A stretch of DNA of 59,335 nucleotides from Hymenobacteraceae bacterium. GTDB lineage: Bacteria; Bacteroidota; Bacteroidia; Cytophagales; Hymenobacteraceae. The stretch is taken from assembly GCA_033838975.1 (NCBI GenBank), contig JAJLKL010000261.1, forward strand, positions 1 to 59,335, written 5' to 3'. Of this stretch, positions 1-8,799 are shown piece by piece (position 1 is the stretch's first letter; the number at the start of each line of letters is the position of its first letter). A program made the position numbers and the translations under genes. A model generated the notes under the pieces. That model was not told the origin of the DNA. It did not search any database and saw only the letters and a list, made by a program, of their open reading frames with translations.

Positions 1-42
1 ATTGTTTTTTTTTTTTTGTTATAGGTCAATAACCAAAATAAA

Positions 43-89
43 AAAATTAGACGCGGGGTGCATTACACCCCACCGCCGCTTCTAATTTT
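43..89 (-). terminator. Imperfect hairpin downstream of hemH, probable intrinsic terminator
   Basis: AAAATTAGA...TCTAATTTT arms around a GC-rich imperfect stem, with a T-run on the minus strand. The arms are asymmetric, possibly from sequence error near the window start. Confidence 0.45.
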
Positions 90-145
90 ACACCTATAGG
101 ATGTTATACCTGCAGAGACATCTTCAAATCTCTAGATTTTCAACT

Positions 146-1174
146 CTAGTTCTCCAGCACCATATTCTTTAAGGCTTCCACCCAGGTGTCGCTGGAGTTG
201 AGGCTTTCCACCAGCACCCATTTCTCGCCGCCGGCGTGCTCAAACATCTCTTTGAACTCTTCGCCTACCTCAATCGTCGTCTCCAGGCAATCGGCCACGA
301 AAGCAGGGCTAAAGGCCAGCACTTTTTTGATACCTTTCTCCGGCAGTGTCTTCAGTATATCATCTGTGTAAGGCTGCAGCCAAGGGTCCTTTCCCAGCCT
401 CGACTGGAAAGCCACCGTGTACTGATCCGCATGAAGACCTAGCGCGGTGGCCAGCAGCCGGGAGGTCTCGAAACAGGAAGCCCGGTAGCAGTAACGGTTA
501 CGCTTGTTGTAGCTGTTGCAGCAAGAGCCTAGCTTACAATAGCCGTGGTCGCTGCCCTTCAGGATCTGCCGCTCCGGCACCCCGTGGTAGCTGAACACCA
601 CATGGTCGTAGTCATCCTCGGCCATGTATTTTTTGCCTAACTCCGCAAAAGCGTTGATGAAGCCAGGGTCATCGCAGTAGGTAGAGATGAAGTTCATGCT
701 CGGGATGATCCACCAGTCCTTCACAATCTCCATGATCTTATCCTGCACCGAGCCGGTGGTGGCAGAGGCATACTGCGGAAACAGCGGCACCACTATGATG
801 CGCTCCACGCTCTTGTCGCGCAGCTCCTCCAGGGCACTCTTGATACTTGGGCTCTGGTAACGCATGCCAAAGGCCACATGATAGCGGTCACCGAGGGCCT
901 GTTGAAGCTTCTCCTTCAGGTCGATGCCGTGGTACAGCAGCGGAGAGCCGCGGTCTGTCCACAGTTGCTGGTACACTTTGGCGGACTTCGGGGCGCGGAA
1001 TGGGGCGATAATGCCGTTCACCAGCGCATACCTGCCCACAGGGTTTATATCAATGACGCGCTTATCCAGCAGGAACTCGCGCAGGTACTTTCTAACGTCA
1101 GGCGTATTGGGTGTGTCTGGTGTGCCGAGGTTCACCAGCAAAACGCCAATCTTACCGGTTGGTTTCTTGCTCAT
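146..1174 (-). CDS. hemH: Ferrochelatase
   Basis: GVLLVNLGTP N-terminus, PLFPQY, FSYHGVP, FQSR, F(V)ADCLET motifs; 342 aa. Confidence 0.97.
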   Translation of the reverse strand: MSKKPTGKIGVLLVNLGTPDTPNTPDVRKYLREFLLDKRVIDINPVGRYALVNGIIAPFRAPKSAKVYQQLWTDRGSPLLYHGIDLKEKLQQALGDRYHVAFGMRYQSPSIKSALEELRDKSVERIIVVPLFPQYASATTGSVQDKIMEIVKDWWIIPSMNFISTYCDDPGFINAFAELGKKYMAEDDYDHVVFSYHGVPERQILKGSDHGYCKLGSCCNSYNKRNRYCYRASCFETSRLLATALGLHADQYTVAFQSRLGKDPWLQPYTDDILKTLPEKGIKKVLAFSPAFVADCLETTIEVGEEFKEMFEHAGGEKWVLVESLNSSDTWVEALKNMVLEN

Positions 1175-1201
1175 CTATACTTTAATAGTGCGTTTGCTTT
1201 A

Positions 1202-1209
1202 CAAAGATA
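1202..1209 (-). promoter_or_regulatory. Bacteroidota -7 promoter element for hemH
   Basis: TATCTTTG on the minus strand about 28 nt upstream of the hemH start; matches TAnnTTTG. Confidence 0.55.
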
Positions 1210-1308
1210 CGAAGTATAACCCGTTTGTTATTGATTGATAAATTCTATGCCCTGATAGAGGTGCATCGAAGCGTAAAGCGAGAAGTATGGGGAAATGTTT
1301 AAGGTACT

Positions 1309-1584
1309 AATGAATTAATGTGCTGATGTGGTGAATGTGTGGATGGGGGTGAGGTGATTTGTAGGTGCTGAGATTTGAAAATGGAAGTGTTCTATCAGGT
1401 ACAGAGGCTGTAGAAGCAGGTTATGACCTGCTCTAGTCGCTTTACGAGCTTCCAACCCTCAAGTACCCTGCTCTCGATCACGTCCTGCGAGTGTGGGCTG
1501 TTGTGATAATTAAGTCTCCACGTCTGCAAATCTCCAAATCACCTCATCTCACTCACATTAAACCGAAATCTGCACATTTTCACC
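1309..1584. repeat. Degenerate octamer-periodic inverted repeat arms with an internal REP-like palindrome
   Basis: Left arm (..GAGGTGATTTGTAGGTGCTGAGATTTGAAAATGG..) and right arm (..TCTGCAAATCTCCAAATCACCTCATCTCACTCACATT..) are imperfect reverse complements; GTAGAAGCAGGTTATGACCTGCTCTA lies at 1410-1435. Confidence 0.6.
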
Positions 1585-1603
1585 GTGTTTCGTAAAAAAG
1601 AAG

Positions 1604-1611
1604 TACTTTTG
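1604..1611 (+). promoter_or_regulatory. Bacteroidota -7 promoter element for era-der
   Basis: TACTTTTG about 20 nt upstream of the era ATG. Confidence 0.55.
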
Positions 1612-1630
1612 CATCCTTAAATTTTAGAGT

Positions 1631-2518
1631 ATGGCCGAAAAATTGCATAAAGCCGGATTTGTAAGCATCGTGGGGAAGCCAAACGTGGGTAAGTCCACGT
1701 TGATGAATGCGCTGGTGGGGGAGAAGCTTTCTATCATCACCTCCAAAGCGCAAACCACACGGCACCGCATCATGGGTATCCTGAACGGAGATGATTTCCA
1801 GATCGTGTATTCTGACACACCGGGTATCATCAAACCCCAGTATGCGCTGCACGAATCAATGATGGGCTTTGTGCGCACCTCGCTGGAGGATGCTGATGTG
1901 ATCCTCTTCGTGACCGATATTTATGAGAAGCACGACGAGGACGATGTGATCAAACGGCTGCAGCATGCGCAGGTGCCTATTCTGCTGCTGATCAACAAGA
2001 TTGACCAGGCCACCGAGGAAGAGGTAAAGGAGAAGGTAGCCTACTGGCAGGAGAAAATGACGCCAACAGAGATTATGCCCATCTCGGCACTGCATAAGGT
2101 GGGGCTGGAGCACCTGTTTGAGCGCCTGCTGCATTATTTGCCGCAACATCCGCCATATTACCCGAAAGATGAACTGACTGACAAGCCTGAGCGTTTCTTT
2201 GTGTCGGAGATCATCCGGGAGAAGATCTTCCTCAATTATAAGAAAGAAATTCCTTACAGCACGGAGGTGGTAATAGAGGAGTTTAAGGAGGAAGAGGAGA
2301 TCATCCGCATCCGCGCCGAGATCATTGTAGAGCGCCGCAGCCAGAAGGGCATTGTGATCGGAAACAAAGGGGAGGCGCTGAAAAAAGTGGGCACACAGGC
2401 CCGCGTGGATATGGAGGACTTCTTTCAGAAAAAAGTATTTCTTGACTTATATGTGCGCGTGAACGAAAACTGGCGAACTGACCAGAAGCTGCTCCGCCGC
2501 TTCGGTTACAGCGAGTAA
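1631..2518 (+). CDS. era: GTPase Era
   Basis: GKPNVGKSTL, QTTR, DTPG, NKID motifs and C-terminal KH domain (IGNKG). Confidence 0.97.
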   Translation: MAEKLHKAGFVSIVGKPNVGKSTLMNALVGEKLSIITSKAQTTRHRIMGILNGDDFQIVYSDTPGIIKPQYALHESMMGFVRTSLEDADVILFVTDIYEKHDEDDVIKRLQHAQVPILLLINKIDQATEEEVKEKVAYWQEKMTPTEIMPISALHKVGLEHLFERLLHYLPQHPPYYPKDELTDKPERFFVSEIIREKIFLNYKKEIPYSTEVVIEEFKEEEEIIRIRAEIIVERRSQKGIVIGNKGEALKKVGTQARVDMEDFFQKKVFLDLYVRVNENWRTDQKLLRRFGYSE

Positions 2519-2587
2519 GTAGGCGCACATGGTAAAGCTTCGGGGCAGGGTGCTCCGGGGGCACTTTAACTTTTTTATTTTTTTACG

Positions 2588-3901
2588 ATGTCATCAAACA
2601 TCATTGCAATTGTAGGCCGCCCAAACGTGGGCAAGTCTACACTTTTTAACCGTCTGGTTGGTGAGCGCAAAGCTATCATGGACAACGTGAGCGGTGTAAC
2701 CAGAGACAGAAGCTACGGACACGGGGAATGGTGCGGCAACTTCTTTACTGTGATTGACACAGGCGGATATGTGCACGGCTCCGACGATATCTTTGAATCA
2801 GAGATTAACCGCCAGGTAGAGCTGGCGATGAACGAGGCCGACGTGATTCTGTTTATGGTGGATGTGGACGCTGGTTTGACAGGCCTGGATGAGGAGTTTG
2901 CCAACGTGCTGCGCCGCACCGACAAGCCAGTCTATGTAGTGGCCAATAAGGCTGACACCAATGCGCGTATGCACCAGATGGGTGAGTTTTACGCCATGGG
3001 TATAGGCGAGGAAATCTACCCGATCTCCTCGCAAAGCGGTTCCGGAACAGGCGAGCTGCTGGATGAGGTAGTGAAGCACTTTAAGGACAAAGGCGTGGAG
3101 GATCCGGATGTCGGTATACCAAGAATTGCCGTGCTGGGTAGGCCGAATGTGGGGAAGTCTTCTTTTGTGAACCTGCTCTTAGGGCAGGAAAGAAATATTG
3201 TAACAGACATTGCCGGCACTACCCGTGATGCGATAGACGCCCGCTACAATGCCTATGGCAAAGAGTTTATCATTGTGGATACTGCCGGTCTGCGCCGTAA
3301 GAGCAAGGTAAGTGAAGATATCGAGTTTTATTCGGTGATGCGCTCTGTGCGTGCATTGGAAGATGCCGATGTATGTATCGTCATTCTGGACGCGACACGC
3401 GGCATTGAGGCGCAGGACGTAAATATCATTGCCCTGGCAGAGAAGAACCGTAAGGGTATTGTCATTCTGGTGAACAAGTGGGACTTGGTAGAGAAAGATA
3501 CCCATACCACAAAGCAGTTTGAAGAGGAAATTTTGTCGCGTATTGCTCCAATTAAGTACGTGCCCATTATCTTCACCTCTGTGCTGACAAAGCAGCGTAT
3601 CCATAAGGCGATGGAGAAGGCAATGGAGGTGTATGAAAACAAGACACGCAAGATCCCGACTTCTAAGCTTAACGACCTGCTGCTACCAGACATCGAGCGC
3701 TATCCGCCTCCGGCTATTAAAGGTAAATTTGTGAAGATCAAGTATGTGACGCAGCTGCCGACGCATAACCCTACGTTTGCGTTTTTCTGTAACCTGCCGC
3801 AGTACGTCAAAGAGCCGTACATGCGCTACTTGGAAAACAGGCTGCGTGAGCACTTTGACTTTGAGGGTGTTCCTGTTAAATTGCTGTTCAGGAAAAAATA
3901 A
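2588..3901 (+). CDS. der: Ribosome biogenesis GTPase Der (EngA)
   Basis: Two tandem G domains (GRPNVGKS twice; DTGG/DTAG; NKAD/NKWD) plus KH-like C-terminus. Confidence 0.97.
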   Translation: MSSNIIAIVGRPNVGKSTLFNRLVGERKAIMDNVSGVTRDRSYGHGEWCGNFFTVIDTGGYVHGSDDIFESEINRQVELAMNEADVILFMVDVDAGLTGLDEEFANVLRRTDKPVYVVANKADTNARMHQMGEFYAMGIGEEIYPISSQSGSGTGELLDEVVKHFKDKGVEDPDVGIPRIAVLGRPNVGKSSFVNLLLGQERNIVTDIAGTTRDAIDARYNAYGKEFIIVDTAGLRRKSKVSEDIEFYSVMRSVRALEDADVCIVILDATRGIEAQDVNIIALAEKNRKGIVILVNKWDLVEKDTHTTKQFEEEILSRIAPIKYVPIIFTSVLTKQRIHKAMEKAMEVYENKTRKIPTSKLNDLLLPDIERYPPPAIKGKFVKIKYVTQLPTHNPTFAFFCNLPQYVKEPYMRYLENRLREHFDFEGVPVKLLFRKK

Positions 3902-3935
3902 TGCTGAGAAATAATAGCAGATTCAGATATAGTGG

Positions 3936-3943
3936 TATATTTG
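3936..3943 (+). promoter_or_regulatory. -7 promoter element for small lipoprotein gene 1
   Basis: TATATTTG about 35 nt upstream of ATG 3979. Confidence 0.55.
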
Positions 3944-3978
3944 TACCTCTATTTTTTCAAAAAAACATCAAAAACACC

Positions 3979-4182
3979 ATGAAAAAAGTATTTGGTTTAC
4001 TTTTCGTTGCTGGTCTTTTCGCTTTCGCATCTTGCAACAATGCAGAAGAAACAGCTACTGAGGTTGAGGCTACTGAAGAAACTGTAGTTGAAGAGGCTCC
4101 GGTTGTAGAAGAAGTTGACACTACTGCAATGGAAGCTGACACTACTGCTATGGAAGTAGAAACTGAAGCTGCTGCTCAGTAA
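3979..4182 (+). CDS. Small acidic lipoprotein 1 (67 aa)
   Basis: MKKVFGLLFVAGLFAFASC lipobox signal, Glu/Thr/Ala-rich body, strong T/A-ending codon bias; start moved from 3901 to ATG 3979. Confidence 0.85.
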   Translation: MKKVFGLLFVAGLFAFASCNNAEETATEVEATEETVVEEAPVVEEVDTTAMEADTTAMEVETEAAAQ

Positions 4183-4221
4183 TCAGTAACTAAAGTACCA
4201 CCTGGCGCATGGCCGGGATCA

Positions 4222-4257
4222 CCAAGAGGCACCTCACAAGGGTGCCTCTTGGCTTTT
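4222..4257 (+). terminator. Intrinsic terminator
   Basis: CCAAGAGGCACC-loop-GGTGCCTCTTGG followed by CTTTT. Confidence 0.85.
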
Positions 4258-4285
4258 ATTAGAACTACCTGAACACAGGCGCGTA

Positions 4286-4327
4286 TTTAAAAGCCAAGTA
4301 TACTGCTTTAAAAGCCAAGTATACTGC
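4286..4327. repeat. Perfect 21-bp tandem duplication
   Basis: TTTAAAAGCCAAGTATACTGC x2, each copy containing the palindrome AGTATACT. Confidence 0.95.
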
Positions 4328-4371
4328 TCTTTCTGGAGCTTATGCCCAATACCTGTTTAACTGATAAGGTC

Positions 4372-4560
4372 ATGAAGAAAGTAACGTACGCATTTGCATT
4401 GGTTGGTCTGTTTAGTTTTGCCTCCTGTAACTCCCCTGCCGAAGAAAAGACCCGGGAAAGCGAGCAGTTTCAGGAAGAGATGGAAGACGAGGCAGCCGAA
4501 AGGGCCGAAGCCATGGAGGAGATGCAGGAAGTGACGGATACATCTGCCGTTATTGAATAG
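4372..4560 (+). CDS. Small acidic lipoprotein 2 (62 aa)
   Basis: MKKVTYAFALVGLFSFASC lipobox, Glu-rich helical body; start moved to ATG 4372. Confidence 0.8.
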   Translation: MKKVTYAFALVGLFSFASCNSPAEEKTRESEQFQEEMEDEAAERAEAMEEMQEVTDTSAVIE

Positions 4561-4720
4561 GCTGCAGGCGCCGATGCGTTAACCTTGTGAAGTGATAATT
4601 CGTTCTAAGATGGTGCTGTGCCTGCTGCTCTCTTGGCGTTTGCTTTCCGGAGCGCACTAGCGAAGGAGCAGAATGGGGATGCAGCACTGGATTTAAGTGA
4701 AAACCTTAATAGAGTGACTT

Positions 4721-4870
4721 ATGAAAAAGGTAATGTATATGCTATTGGCTGCCGGCACACTAACATTTGGGGCCTGCGCCTCTACCGAAAACACAGTGGA
4801 GGAGGGTGCTGATGAAGTGGAAGAGGCAGCTGAAGAAGTTGAGGAAGAGATCGACGAGGAGATCGACTAA
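4721..4870 (+). CDS. Small acidic lipoprotein 3 (49 aa), not in the ORF track
   Basis: Read directly: MKKVMYMLLAAGTLTFGACASTENTVEEGADEVEEAAEEVEEEIDEEID*; lipobox FGAC; terminator follows. Confidence 0.85.
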   Translation: MKKVMYMLLAAGTLTFGACASTENTVEEGADEVEEAAEEVEEEIDEEID

Positions 4871-4890
4871 TTCATGCTAATAACACACAT

Positions 4891-4928
4891 GCAGAAGAGG
4901 AAGGACAACACCTTCCTCTTCTGCTTTT
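4891..4928. terminator. Intrinsic terminator between convergent genes
   Basis: GCAGAAGAGGAAGG-loop-CCTTCCTCTTCTGC-TTTT. Confidence 0.85.
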
Positions 4929-4941
4929 AGGGGCTTGACGT

Positions 4942-5511
4942 TCAGGGGCCCAAACGCTTTTGGATCATGCTGTTTACCAGGGCGAACAGGCGTTTGGGAG
5001 TATAGGTGCGCCAGTGTATATCCTCCAGGTTGCCGCCGTAGTTAATGTAATAGTCCAGGTTGTAGTTCTTCATCTCGCTAAGCACAAACTCCTGAAAGCC
5101 GAGGGCAGCGATCCAGCCTTCCTCAATGTCCTCAAACCATTCCTCATAGTAGTCGTCGTCCGAGCCATGGAAGTTAAAAACATTTTCCCCAATCAGGATG
5201 AAGTGCTTGATGCCTTCCTCTGTTAAGGGGTCAATGATGTTGCGCTTGAGCATCATGATATCGTTGTTGAGCGCGTCATTCCATTCCCCTATGAACTCGA
5301 TGACTGTGAAACCGAGGTCATAGTCTGTGTACAGTATCTTCAGGAAGAGTGTCTCTGAGTCCATATCATCCCACTGCGGGTGAATATAGTACCCGTAAAT
5401 GGTATGGGTATAGTAGGTAAGGTTGTTCTCGGCACCGTAGAGTGGCGAGCGAGGGTCTTCGGCGGCAGAATATTTCTCCAGCCAGTTATAAAAAGGTTCT
5501 ATGGTATGCAT
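4942..5511 (-). CDS. Conserved hypothetical acidic/aromatic-rich protein
   Basis: 189 aa ORF with coding-like composition; no recognised catalytic motif. Confidence 0.8.
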   Translation of the reverse strand: MHTIEPFYNWLEKYSAAEDPRSPLYGAENNLTYYTHTIYGYYIHPQWDDMDSETLFLKILYTDYDLGFTVIEFIGEWNDALNNDIMMLKRNIIDPLTEEGIKHFILIGENVFNFHGSDDDYYEEWFEDIEEGWIAALGFQEFVLSEMKNYNLDYYINYGGNLEDIHWRTYTPKRLFALVNSMIQKRLGP

Positions 5512-5767
5512 GTGCTCAAAAGTAAAGCCGCAACAGCGGCATCCTGTGCCCTTATTTACTGCAAAGGGCGGGGCAAAGTTGATGCTTTTTCTGCTCTTAT
5601 GCTGCTTTCGCTCTACATAATATAGCTCCGGCTTAGTTCTTCTTTTGCCTCATTAAAGGCACTTGGTGGCCTCTGCTGTAAAAGGGCTGTAGCGGAAACA
5701 GTTTAGGGCAGATGTGCGATATAGGAGGAGTGTACGTTATAAACAGTACGAACCTTGATTACTTGCT

Positions 5768-6859
5768 ATGCGCAGAAGAACCCTTACAAGCGCCACTAAC
5801 TCACTTCTCTTTTCCCTCAGCCCTGCCGGAGCAGTGCTGCTGCTGCTGTTTAGCTTCGCTACTGCAGCTCACGCCGATACGCTTGACTATGTAAAGGCGT
5901 ACCACCCTGTGATTAACCAGGCGGAGCTGAAGGTGGTAGACGGGCAGTACGAAGACGCCCTGAGAGCTTATCAGCAGGCCTTTGCTGCCGTACCCTCGCC
6001 TTTTGCCCGCGATTATTATAATGCCGCTGTTTGCGCCACGCTGCTTGGCGAAGAGAGGCAGGCCCGGAAGTACCTGGAGCAGCTGGCCCTGAAGGGGGTA
6101 AGCCTGGCTTACCTGGAGCGGCAGGAGGCGTTTGACGCGCTGCAGAGCACACGGCACTGGCGGAAGTTCAAACGGAAGTACCCCAAGCGCAGGCGCACCT
6201 TTGAGCAAACGGCCAACCTGGACCTGCGGGCTGACCTGGACGAGCTCTATGCCCGCGACCAGTACTTTCGGCAGGCTGAAGGAGGCCTGAGAGCGTACCG
6301 GGACACGCTGAAGCAGATAGAGGACAGCAACGTAAAGCTGCTGCTGAGCTGGATCGAGGCACACGGCTACCCGGGGGAGGGCCTGGTTGGAGTGGCTGAC
6401 ACCCTGGAGCAGTTGCCACGCTACAGCATCGTGATCCGGCGGCAGACCAAAGCCAGAAAAGGGTATGACTTCACGGCCGTCCTCACGCAGGCCGTACACC
6501 AGGGTAACATTGACCCGCAGGCGGCCGCATACCTGCTAGACCAGCAGGCGGGGCAAAACAAGTACGGCTCCAGGGCATTCGTAACGATTAACTGCACCAA
6601 ATGTAAGAAAGAGGCGGAGCAGGAGAAGATGCTGGCGGGATACCTGGAGGAGAAAAGAAGCGCCGAGGAGCTGGAGCGGGTAAACCAGCGCCGTGAGGCC
6701 TTAGGCCTGGAGCCATTAGAAGATTACAAGCGGAAGATCCGCTACGCGCTGCAGGATGACCGCTTCAAGCTTGGCTATACCTGGTCTGTCACTACGTATC
6801 AGGTACCCAGCAAAGAGGCTGCCGAGGTGCTGATGGAGAAGCTGACAGGAGCAGAGTAG
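5768..6859 (+). CDS. Secreted helical protein, N-terminal TPR-like and C-terminal DUF6624-like
   Basis: Signal peptide ending AAHA; TPR-like helices; DQYFR...GYPG..VG...VNQRREALGLEPLEDY pattern. Confidence 0.7.
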   Translation: MRRRTLTSATNSLLFSLSPAGAVLLLLFSFATAAHADTLDYVKAYHPVINQAELKVVDGQYEDALRAYQQAFAAVPSPFARDYYNAAVCATLLGEERQARKYLEQLALKGVSLAYLERQEAFDALQSTRHWRKFKRKYPKRRRTFEQTANLDLRADLDELYARDQYFRQAEGGLRAYRDTLKQIEDSNVKLLLSWIEAHGYPGEGLVGVADTLEQLPRYSIVIRRQTKARKGYDFTAVLTQAVHQGNIDPQAAAYLLDQQAGQNKYGSRAFVTINCTKCKKEAEQEKMLAGYLEEKRSAEELERVNQRREALGLEPLEDYKRKIRYALQDDRFKLGYTWSVTTYQVPSKEAAEVLMEKLTGAE

Positions 6860-6877
6860 TAGAAGGGCAGGATAAAG

Positions 6878-6922
6878 AAAGCCGCCGGGCAGCAGTATAT
6901 GTTCGCTGCCCGGCGGCTTTTT
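6878..6922. terminator. Bidirectional terminator
   Basis: AAAGCCGCCGGGCAGC-loop-GCTGCCCGGCGGCTTTTT between convergent genes. Confidence 0.85.
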
Positions 6923-6949
6923 ATGGTGGCAGGTGAGTAGTCAGTAGTC

Positions 6950-7771
6950 CTACTCCAGAAAAGCGTCTCCGTTTCTGTATGCCTCTATGGCAGCCCTTAC
7001 GCTGCCATACTTCTTCAGCAGTGCGGAAGCCTCGGGTCTGGTTAGCTGCAGCTCATCCATCAGCATGCGGGTCCCCCGGTCCACCAGCTTGAAGTTGGAG
7101 AGCTGCATGTCCACCATCTTGTTGCCCTTCACGTGGCCCAGCCGGATCATGGTGGACGTGGTAAGCATGTTCAGCACCAGCTTTTGCGCCGTACCGGCTT
7201 TCATGCGTGTGCTGCCAGTCACAAACTCAGGGCCGGTTATCACCTCTACCGGGTAGTCTGCCTCGGCGGCTACGGCACTGCCGGTATTGCACACAATGCA
7301 GCCGGTCGTGATCCTGTGCTGGCGGCAGGCCCTGAGCCCGCCTGCTACATAAGGCGTACGTCCGGAAGCGGCGATACCGACTACCATGTCTTTCTCGGTA
7401 ATGTGATGCGCCTGCAAATCTTTCCAGGCCTGGTCCGGGTCATCTTCGGCGAACTCCACAGCCTTGCGTATGGCACTGTCTCCTCCTGCAATCAGGCCTA
7501 TGACCATGCCATGGGGTACGCCGTAAGTAGGCGGGCACTCCGAGGCGTCTACTATTCCCAGGCGCCCACTGGTGCCTGCGCCTATGTAGAAGAGACGCCC
7601 GCCGTCCCGAAGCCTCGCCAGGGTAACCTGCGCCAGCGCCTCAATCTGAGGGATCGCCTTCTCTACCGCCAGGGGCACTGTTTTGTCTTCCTTGTTGATG
7701 TTGACTAACAGCTCCCTTACAGACATTTGCTCTAGGCCATCGTAGTTGGAAGTGGATTCGGTAGTAGACAT
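6950..7771 (-). CDS. murQ: N-acetylmuramic acid 6-phosphate etherase
   Basis: GAGTSGRLG.VDASECPPTYG, GPEFVTGSTRMKAGTAQK, NKMVD motifs; start set at MSTTES. Confidence 0.95.
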   Translation of the reverse strand: MSTTESTSNYDGLEQMSVRELLVNINKEDKTVPLAVEKAIPQIEALAQVTLARLRDGGRLFYIGAGTSGRLGIVDASECPPTYGVPHGMVIGLIAGGDSAIRKAVEFAEDDPDQAWKDLQAHHITEKDMVVGIAASGRTPYVAGGLRACRQHRITTGCIVCNTGSAVAAEADYPVEVITGPEFVTGSTRMKAGTAQKLVLNMLTTSTMIRLGHVKGNKMVDMQLSNFKLVDRGTRMLMDELQLTRPEASALLKKYGSVRAAIEAYRNGDAFLE

Positions 7772-7870
7772 CTGGGTATAGCTTAATAATAATGAATTGA
7801 GGAGCACAGGCATTGGGAGGCGGCTTTTCCCCTTTCAGGCTGTCCGCCCACGAAGCCTTTGGTGCTCCTG

Positions 7871-8743
7871 CTATGCCTTTTTGGGTGTGCCAAAGGTCTG
7901 CAACAGCTCCTGGTGATACTTGATCAGGCCCTCGCTTGGGCTCTGGATGATGGTCTCGATGTGCAGGCCGTACTTCTTACCCGCCTGCTTCAGAATGTCG
8001 GAGAAGTAGTAGGCGATCGAGCCCACAAAGTTCACCGGCAGTTCCATGTGGCCTTTGTACTTCACGACGTGGCGCTCGAAGAACTCCTCAAAGTTCTCGT
8101 AGATCATCTCACGGATTACAGGGCTCTTGCGCTTCTCATACATGAACTTTGCGAAGGTGGCCATGTAGCGGCTTGGCACCGGAGAGCTGTAAAGCGCATC
8201 CAGTATACCGTCTTTGGTCAGGTTGTAGGTGTTCTTCAGCGACTGGGCCAGCTCATCGGGCAGCTCGCGATACAGGAAAGCCTTGATGAGCAGTTTGCCC
8301 ATGTAGGCACCGCTGCCTTCGTCGCCGAGCAGGAAGCCAAGTGAGGGTACGTTGTCAATGATTTTGGTGCCATCGTAGAGGCAGGTGTTAGAGCCTGTCC
8401 CCAGAATGCAGGCGATACCAGGCTTGCGGCCGCAAACAGCGCGGGCTGCGCTGAGCAGGTCATGTTCCACGTGGACTTCGCTTCCCGGAAAGGCACGGTG
8501 CAGGGCATCCTCCACACGCTTGTTACGCTCCGGAGAGCTGCAGCCGGCGCCGTAGTAGTAAATAGCTGAGGGACTTTTATCGCTCAGTTGCGGGAGCAGC
8601 GAAGTCTCCAGCTCGGCGTAAATCTCATCCGCATCCTGATACATCGGGTTAAAGCCTATTGTTTGTACCTGCTCCAGTGTGCTGGTGGCATCTATTGTGC
8701 GCCAGTCTGTTTTCGTAGAGCCGCTATCAGCAATTAAGATCAT
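7871..8743 (-). CDS. BadF/BcrA-type N-acetylglucosamine/N-acetylmuramic acid kinase
   Basis: ADSGSTKTDW, ILGTGSN, LGDEGSGA motifs; directly upstream of murQ. Confidence 0.85.
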   Translation of the reverse strand: MILIADSGSTKTDWRTIDATSTLEQVQTIGFNPMYQDADEIYAELETSLLPQLSDKSPSAIYYYGAGCSSPERNKRVEDALHRAFPGSEVHVEHDLLSAARAVCGRKPGIACILGTGSNTCLYDGTKIIDNVPSLGFLLGDEGSGAYMGKLLIKAFLYRELPDELAQSLKNTYNLTKDGILDALYSSPVPSRYMATFAKFMYEKRKSPVIREMIYENFEEFFERHVVKYKGHMELPVNFVGSIAYYFSDILKQAGKKYGLHIETIIQSPSEGLIKYHQELLQTFGTPKKA

Positions 8744-8799
8744 TTGTGAATATGGTTTTAAAGTTCTTGTCGGAGGTTTTTCCTGCTTCAGGTCAGGAG

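Noticed and set aside
4286-4327. CRISPR array
   Set aside because: Two directly adjacent copies with no spacer, and no cas genes.
4618-4812. 64-aa ORF in the track
   Set aside because: Overlaps out of frame with the better-supported lipoprotein at 4721-4870.
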